Source: Acidobacteriota bacterium (lineage in GTDB: Bacteria; Acidobacteriota; UBA6911; RPQK01; JAJDTT01). Taken from it: 64,000 bases of DNA. Below the pieces are notes generated by a model. It saw only the letters and a program-made list of their open reading frames with translations, had not been told where the DNA came from and made no database searches. The DNA is taken from positions 704,001-768,000 of the forward strand of contig OZ253580.1 of NCBI GenBank assembly GCA_965263035.1, in the 5' to 3' direction. The position numbers and the translations under genes are program-made. How positions within the stretch are numbered: position 1 is the stretch's first letter; every line of letters starts with the position of its first letter. Of the stretch, positions 54,391 through 64,000 are shown piece after piece.

Positions 54391-55905
54391 TCAGGGGCGT
54401 GAGATCCAGATCGGACTTGACCAGGCCATCTCTCCATCCTGCTGGATCACACGGACGTAATAGTAATCGGACTCACCTTTTTTTGGCCTCTCGGTTTTCC
54501 CATATTCGAATTCAAGTTCGATCCCGTCTCCGCCCATACGCACATAATCCTGATTGTTCTTTACCAGCGTGATCGACTCGAGGGGGGCGGTCCCGATCAC
54601 TTTCACCGAGAAGTGGGGTGCCTCGTCGCTCTGATACTCCTCGCCCATCCAGTGGTCATCCGCCCTGAAGTCCAGAATGATGCGCACACCGGTGGTGGCA
54701 TAGCAGCGACGCCGATAAATCGCATCGAAGACCGCCTCACGCGTGAGCTCGCGGGCGTAGAGACCGGTGAAACCTCCTGTTCTTGCATTCGGATTCCAGT
54801 ATGAGTAGTCATAATCGAAGTAGATGCGTCCGTGCGCGGGAAAGCCGGGCCGGCCCGAGTGCGAATCACTTCCACCCACGATCCCAAGACGCTGTCCGGC
54901 CGCCAAGGCATCCTGCACGAAGTGGCCCGGAGCACTGCCGCCGGCCACGGCGATTTGTCTTGGACCTTCCGGATACTCGGAATTGCCCCAGGTGGAGTAG
55001 ACTTCAACGCACCGTTGAAACTCTTTGTCGTACTCATCCCAGGGTACCGGGAACGCCTTCGAGGCAGGATGGTGAGGAAGGGTCATGGCGGGCTTCCCAT
55101 ATGCTTTCAACTTCGTCCACAGGTCGAAAGCACTGGTGGTCTGGGAGTCGCGTCCCTCCCAGGCAAGGGCTCGCCAAACCGGTCCCTCCCCGTCCCTGTA
55201 GTAGACGTTTTTATGGCCGGCATTGAGGTTGTGTCCAGTCCACTCGTAGGCCGACATCGTTGCAAACCGGCCCGGCTCGTACAGTTCTTGGGCCTTGTCC
55301 TTGATCCTTTCCCACATTGCATCCGTCGGATCGTGTTCGGTGAGACAGGCAAAATCGAGATTCATGGCGTCCCGAGCATAGATATAACTATCGTCCGGCG
55401 CGCCCCGCGCATCGGGGCTCCAACCCGAGTGGATGTGAATGTCGCCGAAATAGAGTTTATGCTCCGGTTCGCTACCCGAGACGAGGATCACATTGCTTGG
55501 GAATTCCCTCCCTTTATCCTCGTCTCGCACCGTGACCGTGTGCTTGCCGAGTCTGTTCAGGACGACTTCAAACAAGTGACTCTCGTACCGATCGTCCCGG
55601 CGAGAAAACTTATATGGTTTCGGAAGCACGGCTTGGGGGTCGGACGAGCGGAAGGAAACCCGTCCTCGATAGCGATCCCTCAGTCCAGGACGCAATACCG
55701 CCGTGCTGAGACGGAAAGGTTGCCCCATGCGCTGGTTGGTTGAAGCATTGACGATGTGGGTGTAGTGGTTCCAGAACGGCCCGTACTTTTCCCGGTCGAT
55801 GCGATCCTGGGCCGCCGGCAAGTATCGGATCGGGCCTGCCGCCGCCGTGAGTTGCAGCAGCCACTCTCTTCTCGTAGAGGAGGTTAGCCGCGGAAAATTA
55901 CGCAC
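54391..55905 (-). CDS. PHP/DUF3604-like metallohydrolase with Tat-like leader
   Basis: STRREWLL leader; FGDIHIH, LTEHD, GHKNV, PHHP, GGSDSH, YATTG, YYYVR...AWSSP. Confidence 0.82.
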   Translation of the reverse strand: MRNFPRLTSSTRREWLLQLTAAAGPIRYLPAAQDRIDREKYGPFWNHYTHIVNASTNQRMGQPFRLSTAVLRPGLRDRYRGRVSFRSSDPQAVLPKPYKFSRRDDRYESHLFEVVLNRLGKHTVTVRDEDKGREFPSNVILVSGSEPEHKLYFGDIHIHSGWSPDARGAPDDSYIYARDAMNLDFACLTEHDPTDAMWERIKDKAQELYEPGRFATMSAYEWTGHNLNAGHKNVYYRDGEGPVWRALAWEGRDSQTTSAFDLWTKLKAYGKPAMTLPHHPASKAFPVPWDEYDKEFQRCVEVYSTWGNSEYPEGPRQIAVAGGSAPGHFVQDALAAGQRLGIVGGSDSHSGRPGFPAHGRIYFDYDYSYWNPNARTGGFTGLYARELTREAVFDAIYRRRCYATTGVRIILDFRADDHWMGEEYQSDEAPHFSVKVIGTAPLESITLVKNNQDYVRMGGDGIELEFEYGKTERPKKGESDYYYVRVIQQDGEMAWSSPIWISRP

Positions 55906-55951
55906 CGTCGCGGTCCAAGTAAACGGGACGGGATTCTTCTATACGATTCGA

Positions 55952-58900
55952 CTAAAAATCCAACCGCAGTGCCACCTGCCCGACCCGCGGGGCCCGGGTC
56001 GAGGTGACAAAACCGGTGAGTGGGCCATTGAGAACTGAATTGGGCGTACCCCATTGCGTGTGATTCCAGGCATTGAACATCTCGACACGAACCTGCAGCT
56101 TGGCATATTCCCCGATGGCAAAGTTCTTGGCCAACATCAGGTTCCAATTGTTGATTCCGGGGCCGATGGCCTCACCGCGGCCCGTGTTCCCGAAGGTTCC
56201 CCGCGGACCATGTTCGAAGGCATCGTCAATATTGGCCCATTGGAAGTTACTCTTGCGAGGGTTGAAGTATCGGACCTCCCCCACCTTGTTCGGCCTTATA
56301 TCTCTGGCGGACTGCCCGGTGTTGCTGAAATCCGCTGAGGCCCGCACGTGCAACGGGTTGCCCGACTGGAAGATGGTGATCCCGCCGAACTGCCAGCCTC
56401 CGAGGACCCCATCCAGCACCGGGTGCATACTCGAGCCAATTCTCCTGCCGCGGCCGAAAGGAAGTTCCCAATTGTACCCTGCGGTGAAGCGATGCTTGGC
56501 ATGGTGCGCAGCCAAGCCTTTGTCCAACCTCAAGTTGTAAGAGTTCATCGGTACCGTAAGGGTGGGTCCATTGATATCGCCAAAATCGTCGATGGTTCTG
56601 GAAAAGGTGTAGGAACTGGTAAGGGAAAGGCCTTTTTCAAACCTCCTCTCCACTCGCACAACCCCTGCATTATAGGTGTTGTGGGAGGTGTGCTCTATCT
56701 GGGTTATTCCACCGATCTGGGGGTAGGGTCTTCGAGAATTGACCCCGGTCAGCTCTCCGGGCCGGTCTGGTTGTGCCTGATTGTATGAGGTTCGCCTGTT
56801 TCCATTGTATCCGTGGGAGCCGATGTAGCCGAGCTCGAGCATCAAATTGGGCAGGATTTCCCGTTGCAAGGTCAATTGCCAGTGCTGAATGAGCGCGGTC
56901 GGTAAATGCCTGCTCACATTCCTGAATCCCACGCCCGGAGGCAAAATATAATCCGGGCCCGTAACAATCGGGAAGTCGGCCCGCGTAAAGGGTGCTTGGG
57001 GGAACAAGTCAGGGTTGGCGGTGTCGGTCGTGGTGACATCGGTAAAGGGATGATTCGGAAGTTTGGTGTACGTCTGACTGCCAAGCACGCCGCCCAGGCT
57101 GTTGATGATGTCGTTGCCGGGTGCTGGTGAGTAGAAGATTCCGTAGGCAGCTCGGATGACCATCCTTCTGTCACCGAACGGCGAATAGGCCAGCCCAATC
57201 CGGGGACCAAAGTTGTTATAGTCAGGGTCGTAGAAGGTCTCGCCTGGGCCGGTTTGTATAAGCGGCGTTGGCGGGCAGGGATTTGTATTCTCAAAGCAGG
57301 TTCCAGGCGCGGCAACAAAATCGAATCTTGATGCCCCAACAGAGTTCTCAACCCAGGGCGGGTAGTATTCGTAGCGCAATCCCAGGTTCAAAGTCAGATT
57401 GGGAAACAGCCGCATGTCGTCCTGAATGAAGAAACTGTACTGATTGCCCTCCGCCAGGGCTTCGAGTTGCCCCACCGTTCCGAGCACCAGATGGGTGTTT
57501 CCCAGGAGCAGATCGGCAGCCGAATTTCCCCTTGAGAACGGGGTTCCAGGAAAGGTGGTGAATCGGCCGTTAAAAATGAACAGGCCTCGGTTGAAGCCTC
57601 CCGCGGCGGTGTGATTATAGTTCTGGAAACGAAGGTCAACGCCGGTTTTCACGGAGTGGGTTCCGGAATTCACGCTCAGGGTGTTTGAGATCTGGTGGGT
57701 CTTGACTTCCCCAATATGGGGAGCGTTGATGTTTCCGCCAAATCTTCCCTCCCGGGCCGCGACGACCACCGGCAGTCCGTAAGTACTCGGGGGCCCGGCG
57801 AGATTCTTTATCCCAAAGACGTCCGTAATATAATCAATGCTTTCGTCACAGGGGCCGTGACATCCCGCAGTCCCCCCTTCCTGATGGATTCCCCAATAAC
57901 CTTGGTTGTACCCGTAACGCAACTCGTTGATGATCCGAGGGGTGAAGGTGTGAGTTTCCGCGATCATCAAGTTGTACCCGTCATTATTCTTGAAATCTCC
58001 CGAGAGGGGCGCAAGTAGTTGGACCGGAGCACCGGTCGAGGTCAGGGTTTCTCTTGACTGCATGTAACGGCCATAGAGGCTGTCTCGCTCGGAGAAGGTG
58101 TGATCGATTCGCACTGTCCAATAGTTCACATCCGAGTCGCGTCGGATGGTCCCCGTCAAGTTCTGGTTGCCGACCAGGGTGCCGACTTTGGCGTTAGGAG
58201 CCGGAAACAACGCTGCCGCCGCCGCACCGAATACGCTGAACCGGCTCCTCGGAATTTGATTGCCTGGAAAGGGGTCCCGGATGAAGCGTCCGTTTTCATC
58301 GCGACGGACGGTCAGAGGATCGTAAAGTTGATGGCGGAAGTTGGAAAAATCCCCCTGGAGGTATTCTGAGGGTGGTGTCCTGGCCGCTGCGTTACGGGTT
58401 TGACGAAGACGCTGGCCCTCGTAGGCAAAGAAGAAAAAGGTCTTGTCTCGCCAGATGGGCCCTCCCAGGTTGGCTCCGAACTGGTTGTGGTTGAAGGGTT
58501 GTCTGGGCCGTCCGGTCCGATTGGAAAAGAAGTTGTTGGCGTTGAAGATGGCATTTCGGTTGTAGTTGTAAATCGCACCATGAAACTGGTTCGAGCCCGA
58601 CTTGGTGATGGTGGTAAACTGCACTGAACCCCGCCCGTATTCCGAGGAATAATTGTGCGTCTGCAGCTTGAATTCCTGAATCGAATCCAGAGATGGAATC
58701 AGTGATTGGGTCTGGAACATGATGTGGTTGGCATCGATTCCATCGATGTCGTACGCCGCATCGGATCCACGCTGTCCGGCGACCTGAAACCAGTTGCCTC
58801 CGGTAAGGTTGGCCCCATTGAAGTTTCTCAGGATGTTCGTGATCGGGTTGACGGCGGTCGGCGACAACAGGGCCAATGACTGATAGTTGCGTCCCAGAAG

Positions 58901-59350
58901 CGGCAAGCTCTTGAGCTGATCCTCTTTGAAATGCAGTCCGACGGCCGTGTCATCCGTCTGCACCAGGGGTACGGCAGACCGCACCTCTACCACTTCATTG
59001 GGGTCACCGACCGGCAGGGTCAAATCAACGCGCAGCCTGGTGGCCACGTCCAATTGGGCTCGGGGCTCTACGGCCTTCTTGAAGCCTGTCAGCACCGCGC
59101 TCACACGATATTCTCCCGGATCCAGAAACGGCACCATGTAATTTCCCGTATCGTCCGTGATGATGGTTTGACTCACATTGGTCGCCAAGTTCGTCACGGC
59201 GACGGTTACACCCGGAACTACGAGTCCGCTCTCGTCTGTGATCGTGCCCAAGATGGCGCTTCTGACGAGCTGGGCCTGCACCACGCCGACCGCCAGCAAT
59301 CCCGTCATGAGAATCGCCAGCATTGCACTCTGCCAATGATTGACTTTCAT
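55952..59350 (-). CDS. TonB-dependent receptor, Oar-like with carboxypeptidase-regulatory N-domain
   Basis: GTITDESG..VPG, LPLLGRNY, SLDSIQEF, KSGSNQFHG, NNFGPRIG, terminal RLDF. Confidence 0.95.
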   Translation of the reverse strand: MKVNHWQSAMLAILMTGLLAVGVVQAQLVRSAILGTITDESGLVVPGVTVAVTNLATNVSQTIITDDTGNYMVPFLDPGEYRVSAVLTGFKKAVEPRAQLDVATRLRVDLTLPVGDPNEVVEVRSAVPLVQTDDTAVGLHFKEDQLKSLPLLGRNYQSLALLSPTAVNPITNILRNFNGANLTGGNWFQVAGQRGSDAAYDIDGIDANHIMFQTQSLIPSLDSIQEFKLQTHNYSSEYGRGSVQFTTITKSGSNQFHGAIYNYNRNAIFNANNFFSNRTGRPRQPFNHNQFGANLGGPIWRDKTFFFFAYEGQRLRQTRNAAARTPPSEYLQGDFSNFRHQLYDPLTVRRDENGRFIRDPFPGNQIPRSRFSVFGAAAAALFPAPNAKVGTLVGNQNLTGTIRRDSDVNYWTVRIDHTFSERDSLYGRYMQSRETLTSTGAPVQLLAPLSGDFKNNDGYNLMIAETHTFTPRIINELRYGYNQGYWGIHQEGGTAGCHGPCDESIDYITDVFGIKNLAGPPSTYGLPVVVAAREGRFGGNINAPHIGEVKTHQISNTLSVNSGTHSVKTGVDLRFQNYNHTAAGGFNRGLFIFNGRFTTFPGTPFSRGNSAADLLLGNTHLVLGTVGQLEALAEGNQYSFFIQDDMRLFPNLTLNLGLRYEYYPPWVENSVGASRFDFVAAPGTCFENTNPCPPTPLIQTGPGETFYDPDYNNFGPRIGLAYSPFGDRRMVIRAAYGIFYSPAPGNDIINSLGGVLGSQTYTKLPNHPFTDVTTTDTANPDLFPQAPFTRADFPIVTGPDYILPPGVGFRNVSRHLPTALIQHWQLTLQREILPNLMLELGYIGSHGYNGNRRTSYNQAQPDRPGELTGVNSRRPYPQIGGITQIEHTSHNTYNAGVVRVERRFEKGLSLTSSYTFSRTIDDFGDINGPTLTVPMNSYNLRLDKGLAAHHAKHRFTAGYNWELPFGRGRRIGSSMHPVLDGVLGGWQFGGITIFQSGNPLHVRASADFSNTGQSARDIRPNKVGEVRYFNPRKSNFQWANIDDAFEHGPRGTFGNTGRGEAIGPGINNWNLMLAKNFAIGEYAKLQVRVEMFNAWNHTQWGTPNSVLNGPLTGFVTSTRAPRVGQVALRLDF

Positions 59351-59853
59351 CCTGTCCCCCTAATAATTTTAAGGTCGCTTGGCCGGTCCTGCCCTCGAAG
59401 ACAGAGTCCTTTATTCCGTGGCGAGAGAGAACCCCTCGCCGTTTGCTTCCAATGGCGCTCGATCTCATCCCACACCCACCGGGACTCGTCAAAATGCCGG
59501 TCCCTGGCCTGCAGGCCATCACGAGTCGGGTCCCTGACAGTCTCTCGAATCGATTCCCAAAGGTGGGCCATCATGACATGTGTGGCGCGGGCGAGCCACA
59601 AGTGGAATCGCGGGCTCAGTACAATTGCCTCATCCGGGTCTGAGACGTGCTCTCTCACCCGCAATCGGACATCGGCAAGGTCACGAATAGGCTGGCGTGT
59701 GGCTCTCCTGCCACCCAGAGGATCACAGTGGATGCTATTGCGTCAAGGTTCACTTCTGTTTCTGTGAATCTCAGGTATGCAATAGTTCTTCCGGTGTTTC
59801 AGGGCTCGCAGCAGGTACACCCCAGGATTGGAGATCGTGTTAGGTTCAGGTTC

Positions 59854-62256
59854 ATGATCCCCAGGATCCAGTGTCTGCTGATATGTTTCGCCCTGCCATT
59901 CTTTTCCACCTGCACCGTTACTCCGGTTGACGACAGCGGAAAGTCGAGTGAGTTCAGCCTGGAACAAGTGGCGCGTTCACGTCATGAGGTCCAGGGGGAG
60001 GATTTGGCGGGCCTTGAGACCCCACTATCGGTGCGAGTACCGATTCAGTCCCGACTCTACCCTGAAGTAGCGTTTGTCCATCCCGATCTCTCCATCGCCC
60101 TTCCTGCCCTGCCCGTTCCATTAGGACAGCGACGACAGGCGTTGGCGCTCGGCTTTGGCATGGGCGAACCAGCACGGTTTCCGGATTGGAATAAGGTCAC
60201 CCGTAGACTGCGTCGTGGTTATCAACCCATCGTCGAATCCAAGTGGACACCCAGCTCGATCAGCGTTCAGCAGACGGCTTTCAGCTACCTGCCCTCGGAC
60301 CAGACCGTGATTACCGGTCGAGAAAAGTTATTCGTCATGGTTCGTATGACCTTGATCAATACCACCGATCTTCCCCAAGACACTGTATTAATGCTGTCCG
60401 TCGGACGGGCACGGGGCAGCCAGGTCGACGATCTTGCCGGACGCATCTATGAGGCCCCCGACCTGCGCTGGAAGCAGGGTCCCTTCGGTATTCGCCATAC
60501 GGGAAGATCTCTTCTCATGCAGGGAAAAGTGCTGCTCAGCTACCGCACCATGGTACCCACTCCCGCGACTCTTCGGTTCGAAAAGGTCCACCAAGGACAA
60601 CTGATCACGAACTGCCTCGAGTTCGATGTCGCCCTCGAACCCCGGGAGGCGAGAACGATCGACTTGGTGGTGGCGGGCAGCTCGAAACTGTTCCCGATGT
60701 CAGAGCGGAAACGGATGGAAACTCAAAGTTTTGAAACGGCTCTCAAGCGATCGGAGGACTATTGGGAGCGCCTTCTTGAACCCGGAATGAAGCTCACGGT
60801 GCCTGAAAAACGGCTCAACGAGATCTACAAGGCGCTCATCCTTTCGAGCTTGCAGAATATCAGCAGGAATCCCGAAAACCCCTGGCATTCACCTCATCAC
60901 AGTCCCTTTTGCACGGGTGTCTGGGCGTGGGAGTTCGCACACCTGGCGGTTGGGATGAGCTCCATCGGTTTTTACGAGGCCATCCAGCCGTGCTTGCTTT
61001 TCTTCACCGAGCGGCAAAACGGTGTCGGCGCACACTCGGCAAACTTTGGGCCCCGTGGTGATCTGAATTCGATTCACGGTTCGTATGTGGGGTCTTCGGG
61101 CTTCGAGTGGATGAGCGAAACCGGAGCGGTCCTGTGGGCGATGGCCTCCCACTACCTCTATTCACGCAATACGGAATGGTTGCACCAGAACTCCCCCGGT
61201 ATTCTGGCGGCCTGGCATTGGATTCAGCGGGAGCGCGAGCGGACACGGGTCACCAAGGAGAATGGCGCCAAGGTGCGCCACTATGGGCTCCTGCCGTTAG
61301 GGAAAGGCAGTGATGCGGTCGGCGAAGTTTATAACTATACCTTTTCGGACAGTTTCACTTGGCTGGGCATGTCCGAAATGGCCAAGGCTTTCACCGAAGC
61401 CGGCCGACCCGAAGCGGAGCGTCTGACACGGGAAGCGGAAGAATATCGCCAGTGCATCCTGGATGTCATGCACCGCGTCGAGCACATCGATCCTGACACG
61501 GGACTGTTGTTCGTCCCGGACATCGTTTACCCGCGAGCGGGCAGGTATTGCAGTTCCCAGTGGCATGGCGCCGGGCCGATACAGTTGTTTGCCACGGGTC
61601 TTCTCGACCCAGCCGACAAGCGCTTCGAGCCCATGCTGGAATATCTGCGAATCACGCCCGAGTTTGGCTTGCTGATGGGCTTGGCCCAAAGGATGGGTCC
61701 GGATCACTGGTACATCAATCAGGTGGAGAAAACCTATTACAAATGCTATCTGGCTCGCGGCGAGTTCGAGAAGGCCCTGCTGACGTTTTATTCAAATTTC
61801 ACATATGGCCTGTCCAGTGATTGCTACCAGACGGTGGAGCGCATCAGGCCTCTCGACGGCAACTTTTCACCGTGGCAGCCCAACGCATCGGGCAATGGGC
61901 GGATGCTCGAAATGCTGCGAAGGATGGTCATCGACGAGCAGGAGGCGGGCAAGCTCTGGCTACTGCGTGGCTGTCCCCGCCGCTGGTTCGAACCGGGTAA
62001 ATCGATCGTTGTGACCGACGCACCCACGCTCTTTGGGAAAATGGCACTCCGTACTCAGGCCGACAACCGGAAGATCAGCGTTGAAATCGATGCGCCCGAA
62101 CGAAAGAGTCCGAAGGAAATGATTGTGGTTATGCGTCACCCAGAACGCCTCGCGCCGTCCCGGTGCGTGGTCAATCAGTCCGACGTTCGGGTATTTGGAG
62201 AGACTGTGATCGTACCGGAACCGAGGGGGCGGTTGAAGGTCGTCTGTGAGTATTAG
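59854..62256 (+). CDS. Six-hairpin (alpha/alpha)6 glycosidase-like protein, possible lipoprotein
   Basis: Hydrophobic leader ending in FSTC; W.WE, ETGAVLWAMASHY, GLLP, C-terminal LLRGCPRRW...APT.FG. Confidence 0.65.
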   Translation: MIPRIQCLLICFALPFFSTCTVTPVDDSGKSSEFSLEQVARSRHEVQGEDLAGLETPLSVRVPIQSRLYPEVAFVHPDLSIALPALPVPLGQRRQALALGFGMGEPARFPDWNKVTRRLRRGYQPIVESKWTPSSISVQQTAFSYLPSDQTVITGREKLFVMVRMTLINTTDLPQDTVLMLSVGRARGSQVDDLAGRIYEAPDLRWKQGPFGIRHTGRSLLMQGKVLLSYRTMVPTPATLRFEKVHQGQLITNCLEFDVALEPREARTIDLVVAGSSKLFPMSERKRMETQSFETALKRSEDYWERLLEPGMKLTVPEKRLNEIYKALILSSLQNISRNPENPWHSPHHSPFCTGVWAWEFAHLAVGMSSIGFYEAIQPCLLFFTERQNGVGAHSANFGPRGDLNSIHGSYVGSSGFEWMSETGAVLWAMASHYLYSRNTEWLHQNSPGILAAWHWIQRERERTRVTKENGAKVRHYGLLPLGKGSDAVGEVYNYTFSDSFTWLGMSEMAKAFTEAGRPEAERLTREAEEYRQCILDVMHRVEHIDPDTGLLFVPDIVYPRAGRYCSSQWHGAGPIQLFATGLLDPADKRFEPMLEYLRITPEFGLLMGLAQRMGPDHWYINQVEKTYYKCYLARGEFEKALLTFYSNFTYGLSSDCYQTVERIRPLDGNFSPWQPNASGNGRMLEMLRRMVIDEQEAGKLWLLRGCPRRWFEPGKSIVVTDAPTLFGKMALRTQADNRKISVEIDAPERKSPKEMIVVMRHPERLAPSRCVVNQSDVRVFGETVIVPEPRGRLKVVCEY

Positions 62257-62425
62257 AGCAGTTCTCCGGCCAAACAAGAAGAAGATAATTTTAAGAGGCT
62301 GATGAGGAACGCAGATGGATCATATTGAAGATCGGGGCCTTGTTTCCGACCTTGATTCCTCTGCCGATTGAACCTGCCGACCAAGGAGTGGCCAGCGACT
62401 CCGTACACCGAATTTTGGTTGCGGT

Positions 62426-64000
62426 CTAACCTGAATCCAGATTCGCGTTTCGCTTGATTTCAAAAGACTCCTCGGCCATCACGGTCTGCTCTCGGATGCG
62501 ATCATGAATCTTGACCAACACCTTGTATTTGCCAAGCCCTAGACCCGCCACCGGCAGTTGTCTGATTATGACGACGCGCCGGTTCGAATAAAACTGGATC
62601 GTGTCACCGCTTTCATCGATGACTTCCTCGAGCGTCTTGCCGTTCTGGACAATCTTGTAACTGATGCTCAGGGCGGGCGCCGAGTTCGTCTGATCCAAAG
62701 CGGCATTGTAGACCTGAATATAAACTCCAAATGACGGTGGAAGCGGAAATACCTTGTCGATGCTGGGACGGACGCTTACGTCGCCCAACACGAACATTAC
62801 ATTGTCTTTCGGCGTTTCCTTCAGAGGCCGGATGTGATCGGAAAGAATCAGAGAACTACTTGCCAGTTTCTCTTCCGGATAGGACGGAGGAATGATGCCC
62901 TGGCGAACCGTTCCAACATTGCCGCTGTTAAGATCTTTGACGACCACGTCGATCTTGTAGCGCATCTTGGGCTCCAGAAGTAGAATTTTCTGATACTGCG
63001 AGCGCCTGGTCAGCGCCTGTTTGAGCAGTGCCGGCCGATAGGACAGGCTGAGATCCTGCTCGAATTCGTGAACCACTCGATTCGTCATTGTCGTGACCCG
63101 GCCGTAGACCACAACGTCAGCCTCGAAAATATCTCTCTTCTTCCGAAAAGTGAGATTCTTGTTGGCGACCTGAACCGTTACCGGCACCAGAAGCCGTCGG
63201 TCGCTGAGACGAAAGTAGTCTTTTTGAACCTGAATGGGGAGTGAATGGTAAGCAAATTGGACCTTCACCAACTCCTTCAAATCAGGGTATCTGAGCTGCG
63301 GGGGGCGTTGGATTCTGTCGTAGGTTTCATACCGCTGAAAGGGACTGTCTTTGGCTCGCGGATTGATGAAAGGATATCTTTGCGAATTTCCGGGAGAGAA
63401 GTAGGGTCGATCGGCTCTGGTAGCCAACCCCATCTGCTCGGCGATCGTCGGACCGGCCCCGGCCACGTGGAGCAAGGCATCTTTCTCCTCGGCCATCAAT
63501 GCCAGACGGTATTCGCCCGTCATGGATCGATCCACGAATTCGAGTTCGACGTCGGACCCGATTCCTTCGATATAACGGTAGCGCCAGATCTCAAAAGGGA
63601 AGGCTGTTGAGGATCCGCCTCCTTCGTAAATGGGGCGGTCGTAGATGCCCCCGGAGGCATGGGTTTCAATCTCGGCCGGTGGACCGTGGATGATATAAAC
63701 ACGGCCGCGGTCGGTCAGCCAGCCCGGGATGCCGCTGGGAAAGTTCTCGTTGGCATAGGCAATGCGTCGATAATGTTCATCCTTGAACTCATTGGCAACC
63801 GTCGTCAAATCGGGATCGCGGCGGCGCCAGAACTGCTCGATAAACTGTTCCTTTTCAGCTCCGGTTGTCAACCTTTTTAAAACGTCCTTTTCGCTGTCGG
63901 TGATGATGTAAGACACGTCTCTTTCCAGCCACCGTTTGTAGTGATCCTCCTGTTCTTCGCGCCTGACCTTTTCCGTGTCCCGCTGTTTCTGCGCGGAGAA
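62426..64000 (-). CDS. Second GWxTD domain-containing protein (5' end beyond window)
   Basis: HYKRWLERDVSYII, FIEQFWRRRDP, GWLTDRG; frame open to the window end. Confidence 0.93.
   Translation of the reverse strand, partial: FSAQKQRDTEKVRREEQEDHYKRWLERDVSYIITDSEKDVLKRLTTGAEKEQFIEQFWRRRDPDLTTVANEFKDEHYRRIAYANENFPSGIPGWLTDRGRVYIIHGPPAEIETHASGGIYDRPIYEGGGSSTAFPFEIWRYRYIEGIGSDVELEFVDRSMTGEYRLALMAEEKDALLHVAGAGPTIAEQMGLATRADRPYFSPGNSQRYPFINPRAKDSPFQRYETYDRIQRPPQLRYPDLKELVKVQFAYHSLPIQVQKDYFRLSDRRLLVPVTVQVANKNLTFRKKRDIFEADVVVYGRVTTMTNRVVHEFEQDLSLSYRPALLKQALTRRSQYQKILLLEPKMRYKIDVVVKDLNSGNVGTVRQGIIPPSYPEEKLASSSLILSDHIRPLKETPKDNVMFVLGDVSVRPSIDKVFPLPPSFGVYIQVYNAALDQTNSAPALSISYKIVQNGKTLEEVIDESGDTIQFYSNRRVVIIRQLPVAGLGLGKYKVLVKIHDRIREQTVMAEESFEIKRNANLDSG

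Overview
GC-rich bacterial chromosome segment, most likely Acidobacteriota (inferred from two GWxTD-domain genes and an Oar-type TonB-dependent receptor). About 1-46 kb is mostly housekeeping: thiC end, M28 peptidase, tpx, a TrpR/YerC-headed his operon lacking hisG and hisIE, 2-oxoacid:ferredoxin oxidoreductase, trmJ, an unusual radical SAM gene, carAB, lepB, pyruvoyl arginine decarboxylase, rplM-rpsI-rpsB-tsf-pyrH-frr, pilNOPQ without pilM, accBC, thiE, ribD, fab genes and a dGTPase. About 46-64 kb is accessory and bracketed by two inward-facing GWxTD genes. It holds a candidate uptake/catabolism system: TonB receptor, two PHP/DUF3604-like metallohydrolases, a six-hairpin glycosidase-like protein, a sulfatase and a YhdT/PanF-like symporter. 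Non-coding signals include two long fold-back repeat families, GTAG-type REPs, a perfect 20-bp palindrome at the his regulator start, three DnaA-box-like sites at 11-bp spacing and a decayed duplicate of the acpP start. Three frameshifts fall in G/C runs and may be sequencing errors. No tRNA, rRNA, CRISPR array or transposase was seen. All calls come from reading motifs by eye; no searches were run, and many start codons are chosen by inspection.
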